This document shows, piece by piece, positions 1 through 13,067 of a DNA stretch of 64,000 bases (within the stretch, counting starts at the first letter, position 1; each line of letters opens with the position of its first letter). The position numbers and the translations under genes were made by a program. The notes beneath the pieces are model-generated. The model made no database searches. It saw only the letters and a program-made list of their open reading frames with translations, and had not been told where the DNA came from. Source of the stretch: Centroscyllium fabricii (Eukaryota); the NCBI GenBank assembly GCA_051313645.2, contig JBNRSN020000011.1, forward strand, positions 58,900,001-58,964,000, written 5' to 3'.

Positions 1-564
1 CACACTCCCACACAGACCAACAAGCAACACATCACACGTGCCGGCCGTACCATCAGGCCACCTAAGCGCCTCGCCTGAGGCGACACGGGCAGAGCATTGA
101 CGGCCCGCCACAACACCATCTTTCGAACCACGGAACAGCACACAACACCTGCCGGCCACAACACCAGGCCATTGCGGCAAACTGTCGGACATTCTGTGTG
201 TAATCGAAATGTGTGTCTGCTCTCTTTTTTGTCTCCCTCTCCTCTAGGAAACTACACTTCCCCTCGCGGATTCTGGGGGGGAGCTGTGTGGCGACACGCC
301 CACCGGCAGCCACGAACCCGCGCTGGGAAGGCTGCAAAGCGGCCCCGCCCGTCGGAGGACGCACGGACTTCCCCGATGTGATGACGTCACCAGGTGGCCA
401 GCCGGCAGTGACGTCCCCAGCGGCGGGACCTTTAAATACCTGAGCACCAGGTGGCTCAGTCTCTTTCTCCCTCTCTGGCCCTAGCTGTAACAAGTAGTTA
501 ATAAAAACTCTGCTTTTAACCCCTCTGTGTCCAGCGTGGTCCTTCAGCCTTGCAGGCCTCAACA
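1..564 (+). mobile_element. 3' end of a CsRn1-like Gypsy LTR retrotransposon (integrase C-terminus, PPT, 3' LTR 287-564)
   Basis: 1-78 translates HTPTQTNKQHITRAGRTIRPPKRLA*, homologous to the pol end of the 13367-18101 element. G-rich PPT ~275-284. LTR TGTGGCGACACGCCC...AACA is a diverged relative of the 281-bp LTR. Confidence 0.9.
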
Positions 565-1109
565 TCACTACTGTAAATTCACCTGAGAATTCCTACTTTT
601 CTTAGCATTTAATTCAGTTTTCAGTAGAAAAGCGCTGAATCCAATGTATAAAGAGACCAGAAACAAGAAAACTTTAGTTCTCCTATGCTTAGGTCAGTTT
701 GAACAGCCATAGTTACAGTTACTGCTTCTGGGTCTGACCACACTGGTTTGACTGTTAGGCTGTGTTCCACATTCACCCCATAAGAGCATGATCCTCTATG
801 GAAATTGTCCTCTTTACATTACAAGTGCTACTTTACAGATAAACTACAATCTTTTCATGTAGACGATCGTTATTGTGTCAATTTTCTAAAGAAATTAATA
901 TCTAATGTATTAGAAGTTAGAATCATACAGAGCCTTGAGACTGTATGCTGTGTAACTTTATTACTTATGTAATTGTGAACATGTACAGGGACATTTGAAG
1001 AACCACAAGTATAGCTATCTATGCTGCACAGGAAAGACACATCTCCAGTGATGATTTCCCCTCCTGTCTCGCACAGTAATCTCAGATGTACCCCAAGATT
1101 CCATCCATG

Positions 1110-1950
1110 ACCCCACTCCTCTGCTTCACTTAACTCATGTATTGTCCCCGAAAGACATCTGCAGACATGGGGTCAGTTACTATAAGTATGATGACAACGT
1201 CCTGCTCTACCTATCTTTGCACCACCCACCACCTACCCACCACCCTCGATTCCATAACCATGTGACATCAAGTTATCAATGAGCCAAAACTACTTCCAAG
1301 TGAACACTGAGAAAACCAAACCTATCTTATTTGAGTCCCACCAAGAACTCTGTATTACTGCCCCAACTCTATGCCCTCCCTGGCTTCTCACTTAGGCTGA
1401 ATCAGATGGTGAACAACCTAGATACCCTGATCAACATGAGCTGAGCGTTAATATTCATATCACTTAAGACTGCATGCTCTTACTGCTGCACATGGCTCAC
1501 CTCCACCCCAGCTCACCATGCCACCACTGAAACTCTTATCCATGCTTTTGTTACCTCAGAACTCAACTTCTCCAGCACCCTCTTTATCTGGCTCCTGAAC
1601 TCAACATACACCAACTCCAATTCACCCAAAGCTCTAGCACCCCCACACTATCCCGCACCGAAACTCACTTGCCTACCACTCCTGTCCTCAGCCACCTCCA
1701 ATGGCTCTCTGCCCCTTCCTCCCACCATCACCAAAACAGTGAAACCAAAATCCTTGTTCTCATTTATAAATCCATCCATGGCTTTTACAACCTCCAGCAC
1801 TGCATCCTAACCCTCCCACTCAGACATCCAATGAATCTTCCTCTGTACCTGGTGCTCCCTATTTTCATAAGCGCTTTCAGCCATCTAACACCTGCCCTTG
1901 AGTATTCCCTACTAAACCCTCTTGCTTTTAACAGTCTCCTGAAGACCTTT
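1110..1950 (+). mobile_element. Old degenerate L2-type LINE RT/3' fragment
   Basis: Remnants YKYDDNVLLYLS (~1181, YADD-like), ETLIHAFVTSELNFS (~1529) and KILVLIYKSIHG (~1750), typical of the L2/CR1 ORF2 C-terminus. Boundaries approximate. Confidence 0.75.
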
Positions 1951-4900
1951 TTTTTAACTGTTCATTTGCTTAATCCTTCTAATTCTTTTACTCCCACTTC
2001 ATCTGCTTCTCTCCTATTAGAAATAACTTTGGACTTTTTATTATGTTAAAAGTGATGTACAAATGCAAATAGTCTGTATATGCACAGAGATTATACATAT
2101 ACATGCATACACAGAAAGGTATGCACATAAAAACAGCACGTGTACACATATATTTCTGAAACTCAAGAACCAAAGTACTCACTTCACCCATTTTGGCACA
2201 GACAATAAAGCCCAAGAGAGCAGTTATGATAATGCCTGTCTAGGAATGTGAGAAAGAAACAGAAATATGGAAATTTAAAGAACTAAAAAAAATCAGACGT
2301 GAATAAAGGGACTCGTTTCTGAAAATGTTGAGTAAGAAAGATAACTTGAATTAAAAATTTGATACTGTTCTTTTTTTTAACTGCACAGGGAGTTGAGAAA
2401 CAGGAGTCAGCTTATATAGTAAGGATCAATATCTTTGAAGGATGATGAGTATTTATTGTAACTTTCCAGAAAGCTCTGTAAACGTGACTCCCATTCCACC
2501 CTGTGTTTCTGATGAAATCTTCATTCTCTCTTCAAACCCACAGCTATTAAATACCCTATCCCAAAACCTAACTCCCACCTACCCCATGTAGCCTCACGCT
2601 TCAGTAGAACACAAGGCTCCCAAAGGTTGCAGAATGTAGTCACAGCTTTAACCCCATGTGCACTGCTGGAGCAGGACCTGCACTAAACACATAATACAAC
2701 AACATGATTTTTTGGGGGGTATCCCATGAATATAATAAAGTTCTATGGTTCTGTACAGTCTCTTGATTATAATATTCAGTATGAGAAATTATAAGCCTGG
2801 TTCTCTAAAGCTGGTCACTGAAACACTGCGTGCATGTGTATGTGTTTATTTCAGAAGAAGCAAATGACATTCAGTACTGAAAGGGTCAATAGAATGACCT
2901 CATTGTGCAATGATGCACTCAGCCTTTGCTTTAAGGCATTATAGCACATTACTGTAGTGCTCACTCATGCACCCCTTAAGGCAATGTTTCAGTACTTTGG
3001 TCTCAACAACAGTCATTTTATAATACACACTGAGCAGCCCCTTACTTCATAGAATGTCAAATAGTACAGTATGAAAATCTAAACATTTTGCTTCAACAAA
3101 TCCTTAGATATGTACCTCAAACAGGCAATGTTAATATAAGAAAAAACCTGCTTGCCAGATATTTCCCTTTTCTTTATACAGTATGAAGTGTCAAAGATTG
3201 ATGCATTCCAAGTCTGCATGGCTTTCTCTGCTTTTAGTTATCTATTTAACCTGAAAATTTGAACCAGCTATGTATGTCTATGAACTATATTCATAACTAC
3301 ATCAAGAATGTATTTTCTAATCTCGGCCTACTTAGTAAATAAGGAGACGATTGTAAAATATTGTTTTTTCAAAAAAATGTTAACCAGATCCTTGATGGGA
3401 AATGGAAAATAACTTAGTACAATGTTAGGCTATTGTGAATGTGCAGGGATCAGAGCTGAGGTAGCGGGGAGGTAATTGCTTTTACAGTTTTTCCTTCTCT
3501 TCGTTCCAGTTTTTTATTCTTGACTCCTTTTAGCATCTGATAGGATTTAGCTTTTACAGTCTGCATTGAGCCTTTATGGAAACTGCCTGCTCTGCATAAT
3601 TCTCATATTTCAGAAGGAGATGTGTTTAATTGATACAGTTGACTAGTCTACTTTGATCTTGCAACCCTCTTTTCCCTTTGTTATTTACACGGTACATTTC
3701 ATCCGTTCAGTCAAAAGAGTACACGCTATGAAGTGCTATACACACAGGCCCAAAACACTCAAAAATGTTAATATATTGTTTAAGATTTTCGAAATTACTT
3801 TTTCAATATGCTTGGAATAATAGAGGCGTCATTGTTGAGCTGATTGCATGATAATGAATCCTGTGTAATAAAACTTTAATAAACTGCATAAAGTAAAGAA
3901 ATGTGCAATGGGAAGAAGGGAATCTGACATTCAGAAATGTAGTTTTCTGGTACTGTGGAGTGATAGGTGAAAATAGTACAAGAAAGCAGCTTGGAATTAT
4001 AAACAACTATTTTGTTTCCTTTGGCCCGATGCCCGAATGCTAATGTGGTTTCATTCAGAGCAAGCAGTTTATGGACACTAGCAGTTAGTTCCCCCATCTC
4101 TCCAGCAACAGCCAGAAGGTCCCAGTGCCTGAGGCCTGGAACGCAGCTGCAAGCTTCTGAGGCCTACAACTATGCACCTGCTTCCAACTCCCCCCCTCTC
4201 TCCCCCAGCTCCCCAGTGCAAGGCCATGCCAGGGGGCAAGCCTGTGCCAGGACTGTGCCCAGGCCATGCTAATGGCCCAGGCCAGGAAAATCAAGCGCAC
4301 TCTTCCCCTAGGTGGCACAGTGCACCTTCTGCATGCTGCACCTCTCTGCCAGAGAGGAAACACTGCTCCCATTTTGTTGAGTTGTCCGAAAACAGGCCAG
4401 GAAGGTTCCAGGATGGATTTAAAGTCTCTGCTGAGAAAGCTGATCTTAGCCAGGGCAGCAATAGAAGGACAATTGGCATCCGCTCCTATCGTTAAATAGC
4501 CTGCCAACACACACTGTCTTACATAATGTGTGTCATGATGGTGATCGCTGCTACAAAGTACAAATGTGTTGTTGTTGGGTGACAACAGGATTGAGTTGAT
4601 CTGCAATGCTTTCTACAGTACTCGGCTACCAACTCAGAGGTTGTGAGTTCAAACCCCACTGTGTGAAAATGAATTGAATAAATCTGGGAAACTCCGCAAT
4701 CTTGACAGAACCCTTAGCACAAACAACCTTAGGAAATCTCACTGACAAAAGTTTCATTTTAATACTTGCAATGAATTGGAATGAATTGCTTAGGAGGATG
4801 TGTACAAGTTCCAGTGATTGGCATCGAGAGTGCGCCATGCCTCAAGTTACTGCCACCCCCATTTTGAGTTGTTACAATTACCAATGTGAAAATAGCCGTT

Positions 4901-5485
4901 CCAGTGGTGATCCCTCTTTTACTCACTCACTTCAAGAGGTTGAAAGAAGGGATGCCAAGCAAGGTTTAGAGGTGGACCAGCCTTACAATCGTGTGTGGCA
5001 TGATGGTTTGCTTTAATGCATGTTTGAGAGCGAGAGTGTGAGTAAGGTGAGAAGAATGAGCAAGAGAAGGATGGTGCAAGCCTTGAGTATCAGGGACTCC
5101 TTCATCTTCACCATGGCTCACTCCCTGGATGGTCTCGTCCAGCATGGTGTGCTTGTGCTTGTGCTTACTGAGCGATATCCGCAGTGGGCTTGAACAGGTT
5201 CTCTCCTGCTATGCGCTGCTTTGACCCACAAGCAGAGAGAGAGCGCTGAGATTATGGACATTTGAAGAGCATGTGGACAAGTGAGAATTAAGTGGCCACC
5301 CAGCATTGTGGTTTGTGTGTGAGTAAATGGGCAAGCACCGTACAGGTTAGCTGCGTACTAAGTTTGTATTTTATTTAAATGGTTGTATGCCAACAGTTGC
5401 AGTTTGAAGTCACAACACTGAAGTATTTTCTGCTGCTGTACAGGCATGTATGAGAGGCTTGGAAAAAACTGTTTTGGGAGGGCTT

Positions 5486-5774
5486 TGTGACCTGAAATAA
5501 CGTCCTCGGAAACGAGTAGTTGATTAGAGAAACAATAAGGCTTTTATTCACTACACTGAACATGCACCAGCAAGCTGACTGTCCCCGGTAATAGCTGGGG
5601 GGATGGGAAGCAGTTACTTACATACCTCCTCCTGTGAGGGAGGAGTCGTGGGCGGAGCCAACCTGGGCATGTCCCAGGTATCATCTTACAATATAGTACA
5701 GTACAGGTATTTACCTGGTTACATCGTAATACAAGGTAGTTAACTATATACAAGTGATATACACGTTTATCACA
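5486..5774 (-). mobile_element. Solo LTR (Gypsy, second lineage)
   Basis: TG...CA ends, perfect 5-bp TSD GGCTT (5481-5485 / 5775-5779), AATAAAAGCCT on the minus strand and a GAGGGAGGAG..GGGCGGAGCC box shared with other LTRs here. Confidence 0.85.
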
Positions 5775-6727
5775 GGCTTCACATGCAGCCTCAGCTAGAG
5801 TGAAACTAGGTTTGGCTAACATTCCTTTTGATCAGAGTCAACCTGCTTTATGATTGAAACGTAGCCAAAATTATTCAGGGTTAGCGAACCAAAGATATTG
5901 CAAAGGAACTACGTGCAAGATGCCCGACCAACCTATAAAGTAGGAGCCCACTGTTTCTGTTGAGTGATGGGGGGAAAGAAGAGAGACAGGGCATTTCAAC
6001 GTCAGTGATGAAATCTGTATGCCATTTAAAATACTTGCCAGCCTAAGAAGCAGAAACAATGGCCGGAATTTTGCCCTAATGGCGGGGAACTGGCGGGGAT
6101 TGGTCGGGGCGGGTTTCTGTCCCGCCCGAATAAGTGCCTGCGTTTCCCACGAGATTTTCGTCTAATGACCCAATTAATTCCCCGCCTGTGGGAAGCCTTC
6201 CCAATCACTGATTTCCAGTCAGAAAGTCGCACAATATGACGTCAGGATTCGGGTTTTCTTTAATAAACACAGCTCGCCTCCCGCACTGCTCAGAGCTCTG
6301 CAACCTTCATCAGGATGGCAGAGCGTGAGGGTGCTGCATCGGGCAGCGCGAGAGGACGACCCACCCCCAAATTTGATGATGCCTCCCTCGACGCATTGCT
6401 CGAGGGGGCAACTACCCATAGGGAGGTTCTCTTCCCCTCCTCAGGGAGGAAGAGACCTCCCGCAAAGACGAAGGCTGCATGGCAGCAGGTGGCTGAGGGG
6501 GTCAGCTCTTTGGGCACAACACCCCGGTCCTGGCTGCAGTGTCGCAAGCGATTGCATGACCTTCATCGCACTGCCAGAGTAAGTATTCATTTCCCCTCAC
6601 CCTCAATCTCATCCCCCTCACCTCTCCTCACCACAACTTATCTTCACCGCTCCCTTCCTCCACATCCCACTTGCCCATCACATCCAAGTAACCTTTCCCA
6701 TTCCCTCTCTATCTATGCTCACACTCA

Positions 6728-7377
6728 CAATACAATACAATACAATTCAATTTATTGTCATTGTAAAGTGAACACAATACAACGAAATGCAAACATGCAA
6801 TCCCCCAAAGAAACAACAGACATCAAAATGTCCTCTCCTGCAAGTCCCAGTCTGGTCCATAATGGCCCCCCCCCGACGGGCCGACGCCCCAGCTCCGATG
6901 CTCAGGCCCCGACGGGCCGACGCCCCAGCTCCGATGCTCAGGGCCCGACGGGCCGACGCCCCAGCTCCGATGCTCAGGCCCCGACGGGTCGACGCCCCAG
7001 CTCCGATGCTCAGGCCCCGACGGGCTGACGCCCCAGCTCCGATGCTCAGGCCCTGACGGGCCGATGCCCCAGCTCCGATGCACAGGCCCCGACGGGCCGA
7101 CGCCCCAGCTCCGATGCTCAGACCCCGACGGGCCGACGCCCCAGCTCCGATGCTCAGGCCCCGACGGGCTGACGCCCCAGCTCCGATGCTCAGGCCCCGA
7201 CGGGCCGACGCTCCAGCCCCGATGCACAGGCCACGTAGGCTCCAGCCCCGACGGGCTTGATGTTACCGGCCACGCTCAGAACCAGTACGGGGACCAGTGG
7301 ACATCATTTCTTCGGGAGACGCAAGGCCGCTGCGTCTATGCGCGCCGCCATCTTGTCCCCAAAGACAAGTCCCCAAA
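6728..7377 (-). mobile_element. Non-autonomous Rex1-tail retroelement inserted in Myb intron 1
   Basis: (CAATA)n/CAATT tail and TTTATTGTCATTG...ACAATACAAC match the tail of the Rex1 fragment at 31547-31630. The far end has CAAGATGGCGGC on the minus strand. Confidence 0.6.
6871..7230. repeat. GC-rich minisatellite, 10 x 36 bp
   Basis: Unit CCCCGACGGGCCGACGCCCCAGCTCCGATGCTCAGG, ten near-identical copies. Confidence 0.95.
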
Positions 7378-10238
7378 CACGGTCCTTTCCCTCCATTCAG
7401 CCCTCACACTCCCTCTCACTCTCATGCTTGCTGTACATCTGGCACCACACACGGAGAGCCTTTGGTCTTGCAGGCTCACTGCATCTTTGTCACCCTACAG
7501 CAAACTTTGCTGGTCACTCGCTGCAACAACTCCTTCCTTCTCACTCAACCTCCACTTCTCTCCCTCATTGCAGGAAAAGACAGCCGCCAACAAGCGGCAC
7601 AGCGCCGGGACTGGAGGAGGACCCCCCACCATCCAGCAGCTCACCAAATGGGAGGAGGCAGTGCTAGACCTCATTGGGGAGGGGCAAGCCCCGGGAGTGG
7701 GTGACAGCGAGGCGGGCAGGCAATCTCGAGCTGGTGACAGCATGGTTTAATTATTTCTCTAACAAGTAAGACATGAGACTGGCACAATGAATGTAAAAGC
7801 ACTGCAGAGGCAGCTCTGCTCAGCTCCTGAATGCTATCTGTATGTAACCTTGCTGACATATCTCTAACCTCTGCCTTTACTGCCCCACAGGCCCAGCCAC
7901 AGCTGGACGGCCAACCAGAGATCAGCACCAGGCTGCCCCTGTCCAGTGCTCAGAGGAACCTGCCACCTCTGAGGGTGCACCGTCAGCACCACAGACTCCA
8001 CTCGGCACCAGCGCAGATACTAGCACCTCGGTGGGCCCCCCTAGAGCTACATATGACTTGTCACTGGGTGATTCAGACAGCATGAGTGAGCCTCAGCAGA
8101 TTGTGGAGACAGTGCAGCAGTGCAGGGTCCTAGTCAGAGGGCACAGGACTCTGCCAGCTTAGCTGAGCTGCATGTCGACACAGCGCCTTTGGATCCATCA
8201 GGCAGAGGACACATGATGGGACTCCAGACACAGATGCAGGCATCTCTGACAGGTTTTGTCTCCCAGATAGCTGCGAGTATCATGCGAATGGAGGAGTCTG
8301 TCGCAAGCATGAGAAGCAACCTTGCGGAGTCAGTGTCGCATGATCGCATCACCATGGAAAGGATGGTGAACACCATGGAAATGATGGCGACCACCATGGA
8401 AAGGATAGCAACTGTGGACGAGAGGATGGCCACGGCCATCGAGCACATAAGTCGCCAGTCTTTCGAAGACATGGGCACTGTCCACAATAGATACACATCT
8501 CTTGAGCAGCGATTGGCATCTATTGAGCAGATGACCCAGACCTTCGTGGAAGTCCCTCTCAGTAGGACTTCCACTGCAGAAACGGGTCCCCATGGCCCCC
8601 CTGAAGTGCAGCAAGGTGCTGTTCAGCCACTTGCTGGCGCTGAGGGGGAAGTGACCCATGAGAGGGAGGTTGGTGGTGCAACTGAAGGAAGTAGGGGCTT
8701 CTCTCCAAGCGCTCCCACGTCCACACCACTGCAGAGCCCTCGGTCAGAGGCCCGCCAGAGTCCCCATGCACCTGAGATGGAAGTCTCATACCCTGCCCAG
8801 CCGCAGGAGTAGCAGACTGGTAGCGAGCCCCCACAGGCTCGCCGCCCCAGAGGACGACCGCCAAAGGTGTCCAGACAGGAGCAGCAGGGCACTCAGCAGG
8901 GGGCCTCCACATCTGCTGACACCACAGGGATAGCACCACGTAGGAGCACTCACAAACGAACCATTAAGCACCCTTAGGCACAACGGGAGTCACTTGGGTG
9001 TTAGTGTAACAGTCAGTTAGGTGTCCAAAGCAGTGGTCAGACAGCAGACCACTGCAGGTGCCACCTGATGCAGTTGTCATGTCTGACATCTTGTGAATGG
9101 CCCTTCCACATTGAAACCTTATGCAGGCTGGACAGCAATCGGGCAGGCCTCACAGATATGCAAGGATGCAGACGCAACATGGCAGAAGGACTTACAGCAA
9201 GACGAATGAGTTTCAATAACAGACTGCAGCTCAATGGTTAACAGTGAAGGTCCTTGAAACCGGCCTACCTTCATGGTGATGCACACCAGCGAACAGAGGG
9301 AATGTATGACCAATGTGTGGTCCAAATGATGACCAGGTTAACTGAACAAACCACCTGATGTTTTCACTACACCAGCAAACACGCCTCAGGGCTGAACTTT
9401 AACACAAACAAAACTTTAAAAGGATGGAGGTGGGCAAAGAAAAGATGGGCCAACTGGCCAAAGTACCCACGCATCCAACATCATCTGGCTGTAACTGGCC
9501 CCTCAGAGCACCTGACCCTGATGGAATGGCCAAGGAGCCATGGTGCCAGCATGCCTCAGCTCTCAAACATCAAACAAGATCAGGTGGGTGAAGAACCACC
9601 AGACATTGACCCTCACCGCCCTCCACAGCTCCTGCCTCATGTGCGGGTGCGCTGCCCTGGCTTGTCAGAATGTGTCACACTTGAAAAGGGAGGGGAAGCA
9701 CGTGAGAGGGGGGAACATGATTGACAATGGATATGAAGTTGCATGCTCAAAACTGGACTGGCTGAGGTGTAGCATTGCTGATAATGACATTTTGACCGTT
9801 TCAACCTGCATGTCTGCAGCTGAGATGCCTGGGACAGCATTAATGCAGTGATTCATAAGTGATGGTCATCAGTTGAACAACCATGCATGTGGCCATCTTT
9901 GCTTAATGTCTTTACTAAACAGCATGTTGCAGTTGCAACCTTTAATGTTTCTGTGTTCATTGTTGCATGTGATGGATGGATGGATGTTTGGGTGGGACCA
10001 TGTTCATCAAAGAAATGTGTGGTGCGTCAGGGGCGTGGGTGCATGCGCGAGCACAGAAAGCCTTCACAGGCACTTGGCAGCCCCAGAAGCACACTCCCAC
10101 AATGCCCCCCCCCCACAGATGTCATTACAGTAGTGGGACTCATGCAGGTATGAGCTGTGGAACTGATTGGAGTGTGTCATTGGTCATTGAGGATGCGCTG
10201 TTAGGATGAGGAGAGTAACACAAGCTGGCTTGAGTAGT

Positions 10239-11567
10239 CTAAGAAAATCTTGCAAGGATGAGCTCCATCCTTGCTTGCCGGCCAGCAACGTTCTTGCGTA
10301 ATGGTGGCGCTGGCTGGGGTCGAGCGGCNNNNNNNNNNNNNNNNNNNNNNNNNNNNNNNNNNNNNNNNNNNNNNNNNNNNNNNNNNNNNNNNNNNNNNNN
10401 NNNNNNNNNNNNNNNNNNNNNNNNNNNNNNNNNNNNNNNNNNNNNNNNNNNNNNNNNNNNNNNNNNNNNNNNNNNNNNNNNNNNGCGAGGAGGCAGGTCT
10501 TGGTCAGGAGGTTGCAAGCCACGGCGCTGGGCCATGTTGTGAAGTTGACAGCATACCACTACCATTCTGGAAACCCTGGCTGGGGTGTATTGCAGGGCTC
10601 CACCTGATCTGTCCAAGCATCTGAAACGCATCTTGAGCAAGCCTATGGTGTGCTCTATAATGCTTCTGGTGGAGATGTGTCTGGAGTTGTAGTTCTCCTC
10701 AGCCTCATTGGCTGGCCTCCTGACCGGCGTCATGAGCCAAGTCCTGAGGGGATAGCCCTTGTCTCCAAGTAGCCTCCCCGGAAGCTGGTCCGGCGGTGTG
10801 AAGAGCGTAGGCAAGGTTGATTGGCGCAGGACATAGGAGTCATGACAGCTGCCAGGGTACCTGGCACACACATGCAAAATCTCCTTGTTGTGGTCACACA
10901 CCAGTTGAACATTGAGTGAATGGAAGCCCTTGCGGTTGAGAAAAGCTACTGGGTTGTCGTTGGGTGCCCTAAGGGCCACATGTGTGCAGTCAATGATGCC
11001 CTGTACCCTTGGGAAGCTTGCCAGACGAGCCATTCCAATCGCTCGGGCCCTCACACTTGCGCGATCCGTGGTAAAATGGATGAAATTGTGGGCGTGGGCA
11101 AAGAGAGCATCGGTTACCTGGGTGATGCAGCAGTGTGCAGCCGACTTGGAGATTCCGCTGATGTCGGCTGCTGATCCCTGGAATGAGCCAGAGGCAAAGA
11201 AGTTGAGTGCGGTGGTGACTTTGAGGGCCACTGGTAAGGCATGTCTACATGGTATGCTGGGCTCCAGCTCTTGCTGCAGCATGGCGCAGATGTCTATGAC
11301 TGCCTCTCGGGAAAGTCGGAGTCGCCTTTGGCACCGCCGCTCACTCATGTTGAGGTAGGTGGCTCGGACTCTGTAGACCCTGTTTGGGGGGTATCTTCTG
11401 CGGCGACGGCCTTGGATGCGCTGATGCCTTCTGGCCCATGCTGCCCCCGGAGGGTCCGCAGGAGCGTCAGGCTCCTGGTGAGGCTGGTGCTGTTGCTGCT
11501 GTAGCCGCATCTGCTCCTGGTACAGATCATGTAATCCCAAGAAGGGAAGGAAGAAAATGGCTCCCAT
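10239..11567 (-). CDS. Harbinger (HARBI1-like) DDE transposase
   Basis: Motifs [63 protein letters not shown]. Catalytic D/D/E present. The frame is open on both sides of the N run. Confidence 0.93.
   Translation of the reverse strand: MGAIFFLPFLGLHDLYQEQMRLQQQQHQPHQEPDAPADPPGAAWARRHQRIQGRRRRRYPPNRVYRVRATYLNMSERRCQRRLRLSREAVIDICAMLQQELEPSIPCRHALPVALKVTTALNFFASGSFQGSAADISGISKSAAHCCITQVTDALFAHAHNFIHFTTDRASVRARAIGMARLASFPRVQGIIDCTHVALRAPNDNPVAFLNRKGFHSLNVQLVCDHNKEILHVCARYPGSCHDSYVLRQSTLPTLFTPPDQLPGRLLGDKGYPLRTWLMTPVRRPANEAEENYNSRHISTRSIIEHTIGLLKMRFRCLDRSGGALQYTPARVSRMVVVCCQLHNMAQRRGLQPPDQDLPPRXXXXXXXXXXXXXXXXXXXXXXXXXXXXXXXXXXXXXXXXXXXXXXXXXXXXAARPQPAPPLRKNVAGRQARMELILARFS
10329..10483. other. 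155-nt N run (gap or mask) in the transposase C-terminal region
   Basis: Run of n. The flank GCGAGGAGG is compatible with a low-complexity tract, but the content is unknown. Confidence 0.95.
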
Positions 11568-12100
11568 GGCTGTGCTGGCAGCCTCGGCTGAGGAAGCACT
11601 GAATGAGGGGGGAAGTGAGGGGGCTTTCCCAGGTCACACTGCAGAAGTGTTTGAGGATTCAACCTTCCACAGGTGTGCTGAAGCCTGTTGCAAATATCCC
11701 CAGGACTGAGAGAACAATGTGTTTGCGCAAGCGAATGATGGCTGATTAAATGTGAGCCTTCATTGAGTGACCGGACACAGATACTCAGCAGTCCCACTGA
11801 GTTCACACAAGGGTTTCACCTGACGGGGTTTATCTTGGCGGGTTTTGTGCGTGAAACACATGAAAATTGCTAAGGGCCCTTAAAATGGGATTACTGATGC
11901 CAATTAAGGGCCCTTAATGACCTTAACAAGCATCCCCGCCGGGCGCCGGTGGGAAAGATTCGGGGCGGGAAAAAAGCCCGCCCAAAAATTCAAATCTGGC
12001 GGGGAATGGGCGGGCTTGGGCGGGAACCAAAATGTTCTAATTTTCATCTCCCGCCCACCCAAAACCCCACCTGACGGGGACATGAATATTCCCCCCATTA

Positions 12101-13067
12101 GGGGGAAAAATTCAGTTGGTTGCACCTCCCATTAGCGCCTTAGGAGGGCGCTAATGGGGGTGCAAAGCAACTAGCGCCCAGGCGCGGTGAGTTTAGCGCT
12201 GCTTGGGAAATTGACTAGGCATTTTGCGGCGGCGCTAAACACTAACGCAACGATCTCCTGTGCCGGCAGATTGTGACATCATTCGAGTGTGTAGCGCCCT
12301 GCCTTACCGCCTGCTGCTAACAACAATAGGTTGAGGGGAGCATTCTGCAGTCAGAAAGGGACTGGGGGAGCACTATTTAAAGGTGACTGCTTCCTGCCTT
12401 TTTCTGTTGGTGACATTTTTGCACCACGCATTCTGAGAGAGAGAGAGAGACTTCTGGAGAGATTCAACACTGTGTGAAGGAGTTTTGGGTACTGAGCAGC
12501 ACTTTGCAGGTTCATTTTGATTTGCCCTTCCTTGTATCTATTTTAGAAGAGAATGTGGGGGCTGCACTCTCAGCTCTTTCCCTTGGTCTCTCCATTGTTC
12601 TTCCCAGCAGATTTGATGAACCTGTCTCTCCAGACCAAGATTCAAGGCTGCAATGAGCAGGATGTGGATGGAGAGCAAGATCAACCCTCCCCTTTAAGGT
12701 AAAAACAGAAAATGCAGGAGACACTCAGCAGGTCAAGCAGCATCTGTGAAGAGAGAAACAAAGTTAACGTTTCAGGTCGATGACCATGCGTCAGAACTCT
12801 CCTTTAAGAATTGGACGGTTCCAGTGTGTCTGTGTTCCATTGCTGACTGATATCACATGAGCTTCATCAGCGCTGTGAGGTAACGCCTCGCTCCTCGGCC
12901 TTAGCACCTTAAGAGAGGTGTGTGGCGCCTGATTTAGCGCTCCAATCACCTCCAGGGGCGATAAAAGCCAAGGTTGCAGTTGGAGGCGATAATTAGCGGC
13001 AGGCGCTAAATTTTGCGCACCGCCCAGAACGGCGCTCCAAACGGGGCGATACCGAATTTTTCCCCCC
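12101..13067 (+). mobile_element. Non-autonomous Harbinger-type element (MITE), copy 1
   Basis: TIRs GGGGGAAAAATTC / GAATTTTTCCCCC and TAGCGCC subterminal repeats. Homologous in inverted orientation to 23008-23870. Confidence 0.8.
12699..12796 (-). mobile_element. ~98-bp Penelope pLTR-derived insert with hammerhead-like motif
   Basis: Homologous to 51540-51650. TSD CTCCCCTTTAAG (12687-12698) / CTCTCCTTTAAG (12797-12808). The empty site is seen in the sister MITE at ~23240-23260. Confidence 0.85.

Larger units (their letters stand above)
6315..8977 (+). pseudogene. Harbinger Myb/SANT-like DNA-binding protein gene, 3 exons (6315-6578, 7574-7733, 7891-8977), disrupted
   Basis: Exon 1 PKFDDASLDALL...AWQQVAEGVSS...RSWLQCRKRLHDL (trihelix/Myb-like) ends AGA|GTAAGT. 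Exon 2 EKTAANKR...TGGGPP. Phase-compatible GT-AG sites. A frameshift near 8115 and a premature TAG at 8810-8812 precede an AT-hook (RPRGRPPK). Confidence 0.8.
6061..12096. mobile_element. PIF/Harbinger DNA transposon, two convergent genes (Myb/SANT + DDE transposase)
   Basis: Imperfect TIRs GGCCGGAATTTT / AATATTCCCCCC, GC-rich subterminal (GGCGGG) repeats, and the canonical two-gene layout. Confidence 0.88.

Noticed and set aside
4085-4606. 173-aa ORF and overlapping short ORFs
   Set aside because: No recognisable domain; the region looks like an old SINE-like repeat, which I could not classify.
6871-7230. 36-bp repeats as a CRISPR array or repeat protein
   Set aside because: Head-to-tail units without unique spacers, eukaryotic context, no cas genes; the ORFs are open only because the GC-rich unit lacks stops and it lies in an intron.
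10239-11567. Domesticated host gene HARBI1
   Set aside because: It sits within TIRs opposite a Myb gene, i.e. a transposon copy; no symbol assigned.
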